A stretch of 64,000 nucleotides of DNA from a virus (taxonomy: Duplodnaviria > Caudoviricetes). The position numbers and the translations under genes were made by a program. Under the pieces are notes generated by a model, which did not search any database, was not told the DNA's origin, and was given only the letters and a program-made list of their open reading frames with translations. Positions 1 to 9,929 of this stretch are shown in pieces (position 1 is the first letter of the stretch; each line of letters opens with the position of its first letter). The DNA lies in IMG/VR virus record IMGVR_UViG_3300029288_000079, positions 96,001 through 160,000 of that record. The stretch is one strand, 5' to 3'.

Positions 1-875
1 GAAGTACCTGACCCTATAACAGAATTTGTACCTCCTATAATTGTTAAGATGTTAGAAGTAGATTCTGTTAATGATCCGGATGAGAATACAGTCTGATAAA
101 TATTTGTATCTATAGATAATGATCCACTTGAATCCGTAGTCTTTACAAATCCATTATCAGTAAGATTAGTTATTTTTGTTAAACTAGCATCTCCCAATAT
201 AGGATTAATAAGTGTTGGTAATTCATTTAAAACTATTAAACCACTACCTGTAGTACCTGATCCTAATTGAGTTACATTTTCAATCACTAAACCATGCACA
301 GAGCCCGTTGAAATTGTAGAGTGTATATACGCAGAATTCCAATTTGTAGCAGAAGATATATAAACATCAACTAATGGAGACCCTAAGGTTAAACTACCAC
401 TACTATTAATATTTCCACAATTTGTAATATCCCCCAATGTAGTTATATTTGTACTTCCAACCCAAGTTGAAAGTGCCGTATTTTCTACATTACTAAGTCC
501 TATATCAGAATGAGTAGGTATGGAGTATGAAATAGATCCCGAACCATCATTATGCAACCAACCAATAGAATCTGATAAATTACCTAACGCAACTAAATTT
601 ATAGGTCTGTCCAATAATGTAATCCAACTAGAAGCTGATGCTGAGGCTGGGGCAATCCATGACCTAGTTCCTGAGATATCAGATGAAAGAATATAACCAC
701 TCTCAAAGGGGCTACCTAATGCAGGCTCATAAGATCCTGAAGGCAATGTAATATTTGAATTAACCCATCCCTGACCATTATACTGAATAATATTGCCTGA
801 GGCAGCATTAGTAATATACACATCTAAAAGGCTAGATAAATTATATCCTAATCTATTTATACCTGCTGATTCCAC
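1..875 (-). CDS. Fiber-like virion protein, runs off the window edge
   Basis: Open frame from GTG at 875: MESAGINRLGYNLSSLLDVYITNAASGNIIQYNGQGWVN...DIGLSNVENTALSTWVGSTNITTLG. These repeats are typical of phage tail or head fibers. Absent from the ORF track because it has no stop in the window. Confidence 0.65.
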   Translation of the reverse strand, partial: MESAGINRLGYNLSSLLDVYITNAASGNIIQYNGQGWVNSNITLPSGSYEPALGSPFESGYILSSDISGTRSWIAPASASASSWITLLDRPINLVALGNLSDSIGWLHNDGSGSISYSIPTHSDIGLSNVENTALSTWVGSTNITTLGDITNCGNINSSGSLTLGSPLVDVYISSATNWNSAYIHSTISTGSVHGLVIENVTQLGSGTTGSGLIVLNELPTLINPILGDASLTKITNLTDNGFVKTTDSSGSLSIDTNIYQTVFSSGSLTESTSNILTIIGGTNSVIGSGT

Positions 876-878
876 TTA

Positions 879-1535
879 TTAATTCCATTCTTTTATTCTA
901 ACACTACAAGACCCTGATTGAACTACTCCGTAGATAGCTTCCTGACCACAATATGGCATAGAGTCATTATATACCGACAAAGGAGGTATTGGCATACCTG
1001 TAAATATGGACACATCAGAACTACCTAAAAAACAAGTGTTTGTAGTGGACAGATTAAATAATATTATCTTCTTTCTTATTATTGATGCTGCTATTAATAA
1101 TGTAGGAGAAGTTACTACATTTACAGCAGAAGGATTAGACCCTTGAGCTATAGGATAATCAATCTTCCATGGCGTAGATCCTGAAGCACCTTGTGTAATA
1201 CCAGTAGATAATAATATTGTACTTATATTCTGAATAGATTCTAATGTAGCTGGATTTATTATAGATCCCGTAGAATCAGTCAAAGCTATATTATCAGTAG
1301 GTCCACCTAAAGCAATATTGGCATCAAGACTACCATCTGTGTATACCTTTAATTTATTAGAACTAGATCCATCTTCAATTTTTACATTACCAAGAGTTAT
1401 GGATCCTACAGTAAGACTAACACTACCTGAGGCAATAGCAACTCGAATAGAATCATCTGCCCTGTCAAATGATCTATTAAAGATTTGTTCTGAAGAAATA
1501 ACATTATCAAAATAAGATTCATGAGGAAGCGTCAT
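879..1535 (-). CDS. Putative virion structural protein
   Basis: S/T/G-rich beta-type sequence with a C-terminal RKKIILFNLS...FLG motif, located downstream of the capsid genes. Confidence 0.5.
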   Translation of the reverse strand: MTLPHESYFDNVISSEQIFNRSFDRADDSIRVAIASGSVSLTVGSITLGNVKIEDGSSSNKLKVYTDGSLDANIALGGPTDNIALTDSTGSIINPATLESIQNISTILLSTGITQGASGSTPWKIDYPIAQGSNPSAVNVVTSPTLLIAASIIRKKIILFNLSTTNTCFLGSSDVSIFTGMPIPPLSVYNDSMPYCGQEAIYGVVQSGSCSVRIKEWN

Positions 1536-1780
1536 TACTTACCTAACAATTTAAATACCAATGACAGAACGTCTTTGTATTGTATTCCAAGAAACCAAAA
1601 TGTTTGAATTATAAAATAAATGAGTAGTATAATTCTTAAAGTCCAAGTGAAATTTCTAACTCCAAATCGATAAGGCAAAACATCTTTACGAATAAAAACT
1701 TGGCGTATTTTTGAAGCAAAGGGTACTGGTAAAGGAAATGGCTGCTCACCTATCTTAGATCTGTAATCAGAATGTCTCAT
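1535..1780 (-). CDS. Small membrane protein
   Basis: Hydrophobic stretch IILLIYFIIQTFWFLGI; its stop overlaps the next start. Confidence 0.45.
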   Translation of the reverse strand: MRHSDYRSKIGEQPFPLPVPFASKIRQVFIRKDVLPYRFGVRNFTWTLRIILLIYFIIQTFWFLGIQYKDVLSLVFKLLGK

Positions 1781-1913
1781 TATAATATTCCAATTTATAT
1801 TAATATAATTATGTAATACTATTCCATCTATGAAATATACCTATACAGTAATTGAAGGTGCTAAAGATTTAGTATAATATTGTAAAGTAATAATAGTTAT
1901 AGTAATTGCATTG

Positions 1914-2285
1914 TTATACTGTAACTTCAAATATGGATAATCTTGGAGAAGATCCGGAGGCTGAGATTATCCCTGTATATTGTTGCTCGCTTAAAATTCC
2001 ACCCTTACCATCATCTTGTACAGAACCCCCCTGCAAAACAATTGAAAACTTAGTATTTGATGCCCCAGTCCCAAAATTAATATAAATTGGATTTGTACTA
2101 AGATTTTGAATTACACGTTCTATAGCTAATGTATTTTCAGCTAATATAGTTCCATTACTTGTGACAATACTTCCTGAAGATGTAGATGACATAATAAGAG
2201 AAGTTGTAATCGATGCAACATCACCTATTAATACAGATATTTTATTAAGAATTCCTGCAGGATCTAACATTGTACTATTTTTCAT
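1914..2285 (-). CDS. Putative virion structural protein
   Basis: RVIQNLSTNPIYINFG motif resembles the C-terminal part of 879..1535. Confidence 0.45.
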   Translation of the reverse strand: MKNSTMLDPAGILNKISVLIGDVASITTSLIMSSTSSGSIVTSNGTILAENTLAIERVIQNLSTNPIYINFGTGASNTKFSIVLQGGSVQDDGKGGILSEQQYTGIISASGSSPRLSIFEVTV

Positions 2286-2303
2286 AAATATTTTCCTTAA
2301 CTA

Positions 2304-2573
2304 TTATTGAGTTTCTTCAGACTTATTTTTTTCAGATTTCATTTCTGTATATGAGGAATATGCCCTACCAAGTGTTGCTATAGTAAATATACCTATATAA
2401 CCTTCTGTAGCACCTCCAGGTACACCTATTTTATTAATTGCACAATAAAAAGTTAAAAAAACCCAAGCTATAGGAATTACTATACCTGAAAATACTGCAA
2501 TAAATCTAGATGAACTTATAGTATTGGACGTGTCAAGTAAATCTCTAAAAAATCTTTTTAAATTATGAAACAT
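2304..2573 (-). CDS. Holin-like two-TM protein
   Basis: ISSSRF motif, then two hydrophobic helices and a charged C-terminus; GGAG RBS. Confidence 0.5.
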   Translation of the reverse strand: MFHNLKRFFRDLLDTSNTISSSRFIAVFSGIVIPIAWVFLTFYCAINKIGVPGGATEGYIGIFTIATLGRAYSSYTEMKSEKNKSEETQ

Positions 2574-2582
2574 ATAGTCTCC

Positions 2583-3014
2583 TTAATTACCCATATACCA
2601 TTTAACTATAATAGAAATTAATTCTAATGGATTATTTATTGTTATAAATCCTAAAGAATGCAGTAACGGAAATAATAGAATAAAAATAGATATTCCTATT
2701 ATCCACTTACCAGATTTTTTATTAAACAATCTTCCAATAACTGTATCTGTCTTCCACACTTCAAAAGCTTCCCTTAAATTCTTCTTCGCCCTAAGTTCTG
2801 TGGTTGCAGCGTATAAAATTCGCAAGGATTCCTCTAGTGTAAATCTTTCATCATTACCATTCAATTTAATACTATTCATACTCAGTAATAGATTCTTTAT
2901 ATCCACATGCTCTTTTGTGTTTATTTTAGACTGCTTACTCATGAGCTTATGAATATTTTTTCTATCTTCAATTGATTCTTTCATAAAAATTTCAATCTTT
3001 TTTGCGGTTGGCAT
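2583..3014 (-). CDS. Membrane protein with coiled-coil N-terminus
   Basis: C-terminal TM segment WIIGISIFILLFPLL. Confidence 0.45.
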   Translation of the reverse strand: MPTAKKIEIFMKESIEDRKNIHKLMSKQSKINTKEHVDIKNLLLSMNSIKLNGNDERFTLEESLRILYAATTELRAKKNLREAFEVWKTDTVIGRLFNKKSGKWIIGISIFILLFPLLHSLGFITINNPLELISIIVKWYMGN

Positions 3015-3065
3015 ATAAATCCTTCAGAGTTAACCCAATAATTATAGCATTTGTATGCTAATCTT

Positions 3066-3641
3066 TTATGATAAATTTCCTAATCTAGTACCACGTAATC
3101 CTCGAGTAAGTGATCTGGGCATAGATATAGTACCGCTCCATTGCCCTTTGATACCTATTCGTTTAAATCCTAAAGTTTTTCTAATCGCAGGTAATGCCGT
3201 AGTTATATATTGTAAAATACCTGTCCCAATATTCTGATAGTCTTGTTGTTTAACACGCTCCAAAGTTATGCCATTGTCATTATATCTGAAATGTTTTCCT
3301 GCTTCAAACCATTGTAGTCTGAGACCTGTAAAGAACATTGCACACATCATAACACTAGTATTAAATATAGATGCAAGTGTTTCTGTTTCCGGAGATAAAG
3401 GATCTTCATTTGACGCAGTAGCTATAGAAGATGCATCATATAAATCTTTTGAAGAATACATTGTAATTATAGGAGGTGTAGTATTGAACATATTTAGACC
3501 TAATCTTACATCTTCCCAAAGCTCAACATCACTTAATTTTGAAGGAAGTTGAAAAGCTGATCCTGATGCTGCAGTAACTCTCATTGAGAGCATACTACGC
3601 AATAGATTTACTAAATATTGTTGCTCAATTGATAGTGCCAT
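3066..3641 (-). CDS. Putative head-completion / neck (adaptor) protein
   Basis: Lies just after the capsid gene; helical adaptor-like sequence with YNDNGITL motif; GGAG RBS. Confidence 0.5.
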   Translation of the reverse strand: MALSIEQQYLVNLLRSMLSMRVTAASGSAFQLPSKLSDVELWEDVRLGLNMFNTTPPIITMYSSKDLYDASSIATASNEDPLSPETETLASIFNTSVMMCAMFFTGLRLQWFEAGKHFRYNDNGITLERVKQQDYQNIGTGILQYITTALPAIRKTLGFKRIGIKGQWSGTISMPRSLTRGLRGTRLGNLS

Positions 3642-3709
3642 GCGCTCTCCATAAAACTAGGATATACCCAAGTGTCCTATAGGGCATAGGAATGAATATA
3701 TCCTAATGA

Positions 3710-3907
3710 TTAACTCATGACAGATGTATAATTTTTTTTGGTAACGACTGCTTCATAAAAACTTGAGCCCGTATTCTTGCGAACTCGAAGATCTTTAGAA
3801 TCATCCTGTATAAGTGTTACAACATCACTTACTGCAGGTTTTAACCCACATCGTTTTACCTGAAAAAAATATTTTTTATTTAAATTTGCTAATGTATAAG
3901 TAGACAT
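3710..3907 (-). CDS. Hypothetical protein
   Basis: 65 aa ORF with AGGAG RBS. Confidence 0.5.
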   Translation of the reverse strand: MSTYTLANLNKKYFFQVKRCGLKPAVSDVVTLIQDDSKDLRVRKNTGSSFYEAVVTKKNYTSVMS

Positions 3908-3924
3908 GTATTTCTCCTGGCAGC

Positions 3925-3955
3925 AAAAATGGTAGGTGCCAGTTAAGGCACCTAC
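3925..3955 (-). terminator. Intrinsic terminator after the capsid gene
   Basis: GTAGGTGCC-TTAACT-GGCACCTAC followed by CATTTTT on the minus strand. Confidence 0.7.
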
Positions 3956-4003
3956 GTAATCATTTTAAAAATTATTTTATTCTAATTGAATAAAATAAAC
4001 TGC

Positions 4004-6278
4004 TTAGTTATGTGTACCTGTAGATACACCATTAGCATTGACTGCAGACATGCCAAGCTCTTCGTAGCCCACATATCCTATCTTAGCTTCTTTTGGTGAA
4101 TCATCCGGCATTAACATAACTTCAGTACGGATAGGCATGACACCAAAGAATCGTGGTTCTGATAACGAGAACACTGTTCCTGTTAACACAAGACGATTAA
4201 CAACGATATCTATACCCCAGATATTGCCCCGAAGACCTGTCTCAATAATTTCACGCATTGAAACTGGGTCCAATTCAGCAGTACCCCATGTACGAATATC
4301 TTTAAAGCTAGCAAATCGCATCAAGAAAGAATAACATGGTAAATCATGATCCATGATAATTGCAGAGACTTTATTCAAAAAGTCTTTATCACAACCAGAC
4401 GTAGAAGTTGAGATAGCATTGTTTGCAGTATTACCAGAAGCAGTAGTCGTAAACAACGCTATTGCTTGCAGATCCTCTTGCAATTGCATTGCAATTCGAA
4501 TCTTTTCTTGTGTACGATCAAGGACGTTGAAACGTCTTTGCTGAATCTGACTCAAGCGAATTTCAGCAGGCGAGAAAATTTCCCATGTAGTTGGTTCTAC
4601 ATAGGTGCCTTCTATTGTCCACTCTTGAACTGTACCGCGTTTTGCTACGACATATGATGGCACGGTTATATCTTTATCATACTTTTTGTTACTACAATCA
4701 TTTAAGATTGTGACATAGACGTTTCCGCTATGTTCTTATTGTCTCCAATAAGGTCGGACTGTATCACCATCTCATTACTGAGAGCTTTACTTGCAGTCTC
4801 TGAAGGTCGAATAATTTTGTATTCCATAGATTTTAATTGTAATTTGCTAAGAATTTCAGAAACCTTATACTTAGTTTCAGATGCAAAATATAAAGTATAA
4901 TAAGTTTTTCCACTAGATTTTTGTATAGTTTTCATTATTGTAGTTTTAATACCAAATTTACTATACAACATCTTGCGAATAAGTTTCTGTTCCTCTAAAC
5001 TAAACTGACATGTAGCTAAGGAATAATATTTTTGCTTTATTTTATTAGTTCCATGATAATATGATTTATTAGCACAACCATCATCAAAAAACCACCAAAT
5101 AAAACCTTCATATGTCAATAAATCTAAAGCTTCTTTTGTTACATGTTTTTTACCATTTACATCATATAACAATTTTCTTATTTCAAATAGATCAGGGTGA
5201 AAAACTGTAGAAAATGTATAAAATTTTAAGATTTCATTTTCATTCTCATATCTAGGTCTTTCCCCATATCTTAATGGCATTATTATAAGATCAGAAAGCT
5301 TGTTGTATTTATATTCTATCCACTCTTTTTGAACATGTCCATGAGATATGGATAAATAAGCTAAGGTTTTTTGTTTATTCAAACCTAAAAAACCATCCCC
5401 AAGAACTGTCCCAACTATACAGCCTACTAAAGCCGAGTCAAGTTTTTGTAATCTAATTTTTTCTATAGACTCATCAGATCTTCCACTTTTAATTCCATAT
5501 TGTTTTCTTCGTTCTTGAACAACACCAATAGGAACTCTTAATTCATCTGAAAGTTTTCTATCTGATTTACAATCTATAGTAGCTTGTAATAAAACATCTC
5601 TGGTTACAATATCCAGAAACTTTCTTCTACTTCTAACAACCCATCTCTTACCTTTTGTTGACATATAAATTATTCTTTCTTGCGGATTGTCCCTACCAAT
5701 TACATTTTTACGTATCTACCGTAGCAATTGTTTAACAGGAGTTTCCCGCATATTAGTAAAGTTTTAAGCGCGCTATGATTAGTTAACGCGCAATTTGACC
5801 CTGTGCAAGCACATCAATTTCGAAAAATTTACGTGCTGTGCCAACGAAATCTAACTGTTCCCTAATAGGAACGGCCCAAATTGTTACTCTTATTTTCATA
5901 AGGATGTAGACATTTCTGCTACATTCTTCATATCTCTATGAAGCTCGGACTGTATCTTCAACTTTTTAAGTTGTTTCACGTACTAGTCTCTGAGGAACAA
6001 TTTTAAAAACTTTTCCTGCTGATTGACTCTATCTTTTAGATTATTACATTTTAATGTACTAAAAGCTTAACAAGTGTTTCCAGCATATAGTGAAATTACC
6101 AGACAGCTTAGTTTATCTGGGCACCGAGAGCCTGACGACCTGCTTCAGTCGTTAAAGCTTCCCATATTGCATCGCCATTCACAACTGATTTCTCGTAGTT
6201 TTGGTACGGATCATTTGTCGATGCGGTTTTTGCAAGACTAAACCCTTTGCCAGGGTTGCTTGTTGGAATTTGGATCAT
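4004..6278 (-). CDS. Major capsid protein (HK97-fold type), 310 aa after splicing: join(6278..6115, 5876..5786, 4681..4004)
   Basis: The exons join in frame: MIQIPTSNPGKGFSLAKTAS...ALGAQ-M-AVPIREQLDFVGTARKFFEIDVLAQGQIAR-YDKDITVPSYVVAKRG...VGYEELGMSAVNANGV. AAGGAG RBS; follows scaffold and decoration genes. Confidence 0.9.
4682..5785 (-). mobile_element. Group I intron 2 in the capsid gene, carrying a LAGLIDADG ORF
   Basis: Exon end GCGCGU pairs with IGS GCGCGC with a U.G at the splice site. P10 AUCAUA pairs with exon 3 start UAUGAU. P AUGCGGGAAA, Q AAUCCGCAAG, R UCAGAGACUG, S GAUACAGUCC; terminal G at 4682. Confidence 0.92.
4702..5664 (-). CDS. Intron-encoded LAGLIDADG homing endonuclease
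   Basis: Two motifs, IVGTVLGDG and IWWFFDDG. The 3' end of the ORF reads through the intron R/S core. Confidence 0.9.
   Translation of the reverse strand: MSTKGKRWVVRSRRKFLDIVTRDVLLQATIDCKSDRKLSDELRVPIGVVQERRKQYGIKSGRSDESIEKIRLQKLDSALVGCIVGTVLGDGFLGLNKQKTLAYLSISHGHVQKEWIEYKYNKLSDLIIMPLRYGERPRYENENEILKFYTFSTVFHPDLFEIRKLLYDVNGKKHVTKEALDLLTYEGFIWWFFDDGCANKSYYHGTNKIKQKYYSLATCQFSLEEQKLIRKMLYSKFGIKTTIMKTIQKSSGKTYYTLYFASETKYKVSEILSKLQLKSMEYKIIRPSETASKALSNEMVIQSDLIGDNKNIAETSMSQS
5877..6114 (-). mobile_element. Group I intron 1 (ORF-less, 238 nt) in the capsid gene
   Basis: Exon end CCAGAU pairs with IGS GUCUGG. P AUGCUGGAAA, Q AAUCAGCAGG, R UCAGAGACUA, S AAGAUACAGUCC; terminal G at 5877. Splicing rebuilds an ATG codon. 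Confidence 0.92.
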
Positions 6279-6305
6279 AATATGATCTCCTTTAATTATT
6301 TATGA

Positions 6306-6450
6306 AAGTGGTTTACCCACTAAAAAGTGCTTAACGCACTGTAGATACTTTACTAATCTCGGTATCCATCGAGTAAAACTAGCAGAGGTTTCTGGCACCG
6401 ACCCAGACATATGCATTATCTACATATGTGTCCAACATAACCTCTTTGTC
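6306..6450 (-). ncRNA. Candidate structured RNA leader upstream of the capsid gene
   Basis: AGAGGUU/AACCUCU stem enclosing two hairpins, plus further hairpins AGUGC/GCACU and AGUGG/CCACU. Confidence 0.4.
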
Positions 6451-6486
6451 AAAAAACAAAATATGCTGGGGCTCGAAAGCCCCAGC
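6451..6486 (-). terminator. Intrinsic terminator after the decoration gene
   Basis: GCTGGGGCT-TTCG-AGCCCCAGC followed by ATATTTTGTTTTTT. Confidence 0.8.
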
Positions 6487-6533
6487 TTAAGTTCGATCTT
6501 ACGGGAGGAGCGGAGGGCGTAAGACCGAAATTC

Positions 6534-6977
6534 TTATATCCGCAATATAATACCCAGACCATAGTTATTGTCCGATGTTGGAACTTGGTACATCTTTCCT
6601 TTAACGGAACCTGTTGCAGTTGTCTGCCATTTACCAGCAGTGCCAATATACAGATTTGCATTCGGAGACGCTGAAGCAACTTCTGATTCATATGCACGAG
6701 TAGCTGAGCCTGCAGCAACTTCTTCACTATGATCAATGACGAATTTTGTACCACTGCCATAGATACCTGATAAGAGAGATCCAGTAGGCGGTGCAGAAAC
6801 TTCATCATCATCATCAATGCCAATAAACATGGCATTATCAACAGACGCTATGTCAGCATAATCACCAGTTGAATTTAACTGGAAAGCTTGACCTGGCATC
6901 CAAGTTGCAGCTACGACGGCAGCCGTGACAGGATATGTATCTGCAAACAGCTTGTGATAAATTATTACTTTACTCAT
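6534..6977 (-). CDS. Putative head decoration / cement protein
   Basis: 147 aa, A/G/T-rich, between scaffold and capsid genes; AAGGAG RBS. Confidence 0.65.
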   Translation of the reverse strand: MSKVIIYHKLFADTYPVTAAVVAATWMPGQAFQLNSTGDYADIASVDNAMFIGIDDDDEVSAPPTGSLLSGIYGSGTKFVIDHSEEVAAGSATRAYESEVASASPNANLYIGTAGKWQTTATGSVKGKMYQVPTSDNNYGLGIILRI

Positions 6978-7032
6978 TGTAAAACTCCTTTAATTAAAAT
7001 TATGTGTTAGTTAAACTTTTCTCATAAGAGAC

Positions 7033-8862
7033 TTATTGACGATATTTTGGACGCATAATTCTCGCTTTTTCAGGTGAAATACCTTTTTCACGTAAACGAT
7101 TACCTACTGTTGAGAATAATCCAGAGAAGTCAAACTTTTCATTATTCTCAGATGCCTGTCTAATCATTTGTGGTACAATGCTAGAAACTTTAGCATCAGA
7201 CTTCACTGTAGCATCAACACCTTCAGTCTTTACTTGAGCTTTAGGATCACTAACACCCTCTGCAGGATTTCCAACAATACCTGTTTCAGTGTCTGGAATA
7301 TGAGCTGATTTCAGTGCAGCTTCATTTATGATCGGCAATTCATCAAGAGTTTTACTCTTAACTTCATACTCTTCACTAGAAAGCTTTTGAATCTCACGAG
7401 CCTTACTCAAAATAGATTCTTTTGTAAAAGGAATTGCACCAATTGCAGCATATTTACGAGAAAGTTCAACTGCTTTATAAGCTTTGGCTTTGATCACCTG
7501 AGGATCTTGAGCAGAAAGTTTTCCCGGACCATCTTTTACTTCACCTTTATTTTTGTCTGCAGGATGCTCATCAGCAGGTTTATACTTTATATCCATTTTT
7601 GAAGTATCTTCAGCTGCCTTTTTTTCTTCCTTTTTCTCTTCCTTTTTCTCTTCAGCTTTTTCAGCTTTCTCTTCTTTTTTCTCTTCTTTTTCATCTTCCT
7701 CTAGTTTATCCCAAGCAGTCATTTTCTTAGCATATTCACCCTTACCATAAGCATCTTTATAATAGCGTCTAATAGATGCTTTATCCTTTACTTTTGGTTC
7801 TGCAGCTTCTTTTACAGATGCATAACGACCATTAAGTAATTGGCGTACAACTTCAATACCATCAACAGGTTTCTCATTTGCAGTTTTTATACTCCCCTGT
7901 TCCATAATCTTATTAACAACTTTTTCACCATATTGTGACGAACTAAACTGTCTAAAGCCATTCTCATTCTTTTGACCAAGATTAGATGGTGCGTTTGCAA
8001 AATCTGCTATGATACGTTTTCCTGATAGAGTATCTGTAATATCCCAATAGGAAGCATATTTGTTTTCTGGAACTATTACAAATGATGCATTCACATGTGG
8101 TTTTTCATCACGCGAATAATCTTCCACATTCAATCGGTTATCGACTGCTGGGTTTGGACGAGCATCTTCAAACTTGCGATCTTTTTGGAACTTTCCGGCA
8201 CCATCTGCCCATGCACGATTTTCAACTTCTGCTGGGTTCTTTCCACCAGGAAATTTATCCCCAGTAAACTCAGAACCTGTCGGAGGAACTGCAGTACTAA
8301 ATCTGCGCGAGGCAGTTCGGTCCACAATTCTATTAATACGATCTACATCTTCCAATGTCTCAGCAACATTTTTTAGACTTGAGTTTTGAATTTTACTTGC
8401 GGGATTTTTCAATGCACTTAAGAATGCCCAATGATTCATGGCATCATCAGCATCTTGTATAACTTTTTGAGCCGATACAGCTAAAGTTTGGATAGATCCA
8501 GCATAACGATCATTCTGACGTTTGAAAGAGGCTTTCTTTTCCTCTTCTTCAACTTGACCACAAATACCATCAAGAGAATCAACAACATTTTGCAAATCCG
8601 TTTTAGCTTCCTCTAGAACAGCTTTCGCATCTGCAGGTGTTTTAATTTTCTTTTCTTTTGATTCTTCCTTGTTTCCCTCAGGAAGTTCTTTAGTAGCTTC
8701 ACCAGATTCACCGGGAATTTCTTGATCAATTACATCATTCGGTGCAACTTCACCAAGATCTTCGAGAAAGTCTGCAGCACGTTTTTTAGTTACATTAAGT
8801 TCTGCCGCCATGCTCTTCAGACCACTCTGAAGTGTTGCGGTTGAATAGCGAGAATTAACCAT
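7033..8862 (-). CDS. Putative capsid scaffolding protein
   Basis: E/K-rich low-complexity and helical sequence upstream of decoration and capsid genes; many K/R-x-A motifs; AAGGAG RBS. Confidence 0.65.
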   Translation of the reverse strand: MVNSRYSTATLQSGLKSMAAELNVTKKRAADFLEDLGEVAPNDVIDQEIPGESGEATKELPEGNKEESKEKKIKTPADAKAVLEEAKTDLQNVVDSLDGICGQVEEEEKKASFKRQNDRYAGSIQTLAVSAQKVIQDADDAMNHWAFLSALKNPASKIQNSSLKNVAETLEDVDRINRIVDRTASRRFSTAVPPTGSEFTGDKFPGGKNPAEVENRAWADGAGKFQKDRKFEDARPNPAVDNRLNVEDYSRDEKPHVNASFVIVPENKYASYWDITDTLSGKRIIADFANAPSNLGQKNENGFRQFSSSQYGEKVVNKIMEQGSIKTANEKPVDGIEVVRQLLNGRYASVKEAAEPKVKDKASIRRYYKDAYGKGEYAKKMTAWDKLEEDEKEEKKEEKAEKAEEKKEEKKEEKKAAEDTSKMDIKYKPADEHPADKNKGEVKDGPGKLSAQDPQVIKAKAYKAVELSRKYAAIGAIPFTKESILSKAREIQKLSSEEYEVKSKTLDELPIINEAALKSAHIPDTETGIVGNPAEGVSDPKAQVKTEGVDATVKSDAKVSSIVPQMIRQASENNEKFDFSGLFSTVGNRLREKGISPEKARIMRPKYRQ

Positions 8863-9069
8863 GGTAAAACTCCTTTTATTATATTTGTAGTTTCAAAAAC
8901 TTATGTTCCGATTCTACAGTATATATAGCATTTGGCAGAATAAAAGCAAGAAATTTTACAATAAAAGTAATAAAAGTAGTATTTTGGCTTAAATTTTACA
9001 TATTTAAATCTATATAACTTGATTTTCACACATAAATATGCTAATATACTTAATATTAAGAATTTGTAT

Positions 9070-9924
9070 ATGAGTAAATCATTAAAATTAACAAATAAAA
9101 GATTTGAAAAATTATTGGTAATAAGAAAAGAAGATAGAGATAAATGAGGAAACTTTCGTTGGTTATGCAAGTACAATTGTGGAAGTAATATTAAAGTTAC
9201 GGGGAGTAGACTCATGTCAGGAAATGCCATAAGTTGTGGATGTATAAAACCTAATATAAATTTTTCCATAGGATCTAAGTTTGGACTTTGGACCCTTATT
9301 AAATTAGATCATAAAATAAAATATGGTAATAGTACACAAAAAGTTTTCCTTTGTCAATGTGAGTGTGGTTTAGAAAAATTAGTAAATCAATCTCAATTAT
9401 TAAATAAATTATATAAAGCATCTCCTAGATGTAGAAACTGTGCAAGTAAAAATTTACACAATTTATGTAAATTGAAAGGATTATCTGTTACATCAAAATC
9501 ATATGGTAGTTGGAGAAATATGATTTCTCGTTGTTATAATAAAAATAATAATGCATATAAATATTATGGGGGTAGAGGTATAATAGTTTGTAATAGTTGG
9601 AGAAAAAGTTTTTTAAATTTTTATAATGACATGGGTGAACGACCCCTAAATTTAACTTTAGACCGTATTAAGTCAAACGGTAATTACAAACTTTCTAATT
9701 GTAAATGGTCTACTAGAAGAGAGCAAATAATAAATCGCAGCATGACAATTCATGACGAGTTTAGTAATCTAAATATGTCTAATCAGAGAAAAAAGCAAAA
9801 ACGTTGGGAAAGAGATAAGAGATGTACTTGCTGTGGAAAAATTAGATATGATACTTTATTATGTAAAAAATGTAAAAATAAACAAAAACAATATAGACAT
9901 AACTATTACATTAAAAATTTATAG
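9070..9924 (+). pseudogene. HNH homing endonuclease with an in-frame TGA at 9145-9147 (intact frame 9214..9924)
   Basis: YGGRGIIVC..W..SF.NF..DMGERP...LDRI...GNY..SNCKW signature and CQCECG repeats. The upstream in-frame ATG at 9070 gives MSKSLKLTNKRFEKLLVI...DK*GNFRWLC. It is the only well-supported plus-strand gene. Confidence 0.75.
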
Positions 9925-9929
9925 GCAAT

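Noticed and set aside
4004-4663. 219 aa ORF as the complete capsid protein
   Set aside because: It is only exon 3; the upstream exons join in frame through two group I introns.
6379-6438. 19-codon ORF MLDTYVDNAYVWVGARNLC upstream of the capsid gene
   Set aside because: The SD-like AGAGG is only 2 nt from the ATG and is paired in a stem; RNA structure explains the region better.
6449-6841. 130 aa minus-strand ORF
   Set aside because: Alternative frame overlapping the decoration gene and running through its terminator.
9145-9147. Stop-codon reassignment (TGA read as Trp or Gly)
   Set aside because: Other genes end in TGA or TAG at sensible positions and very long ORFs are open in the standard code; a single nonsense mutation is simpler.
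8901-9269. 122 aa hydrophobic minus-strand ORF
   Set aside because: Antisense to the HNH 5' region plus AT-rich intergenic DNA; its composition reflects base bias.
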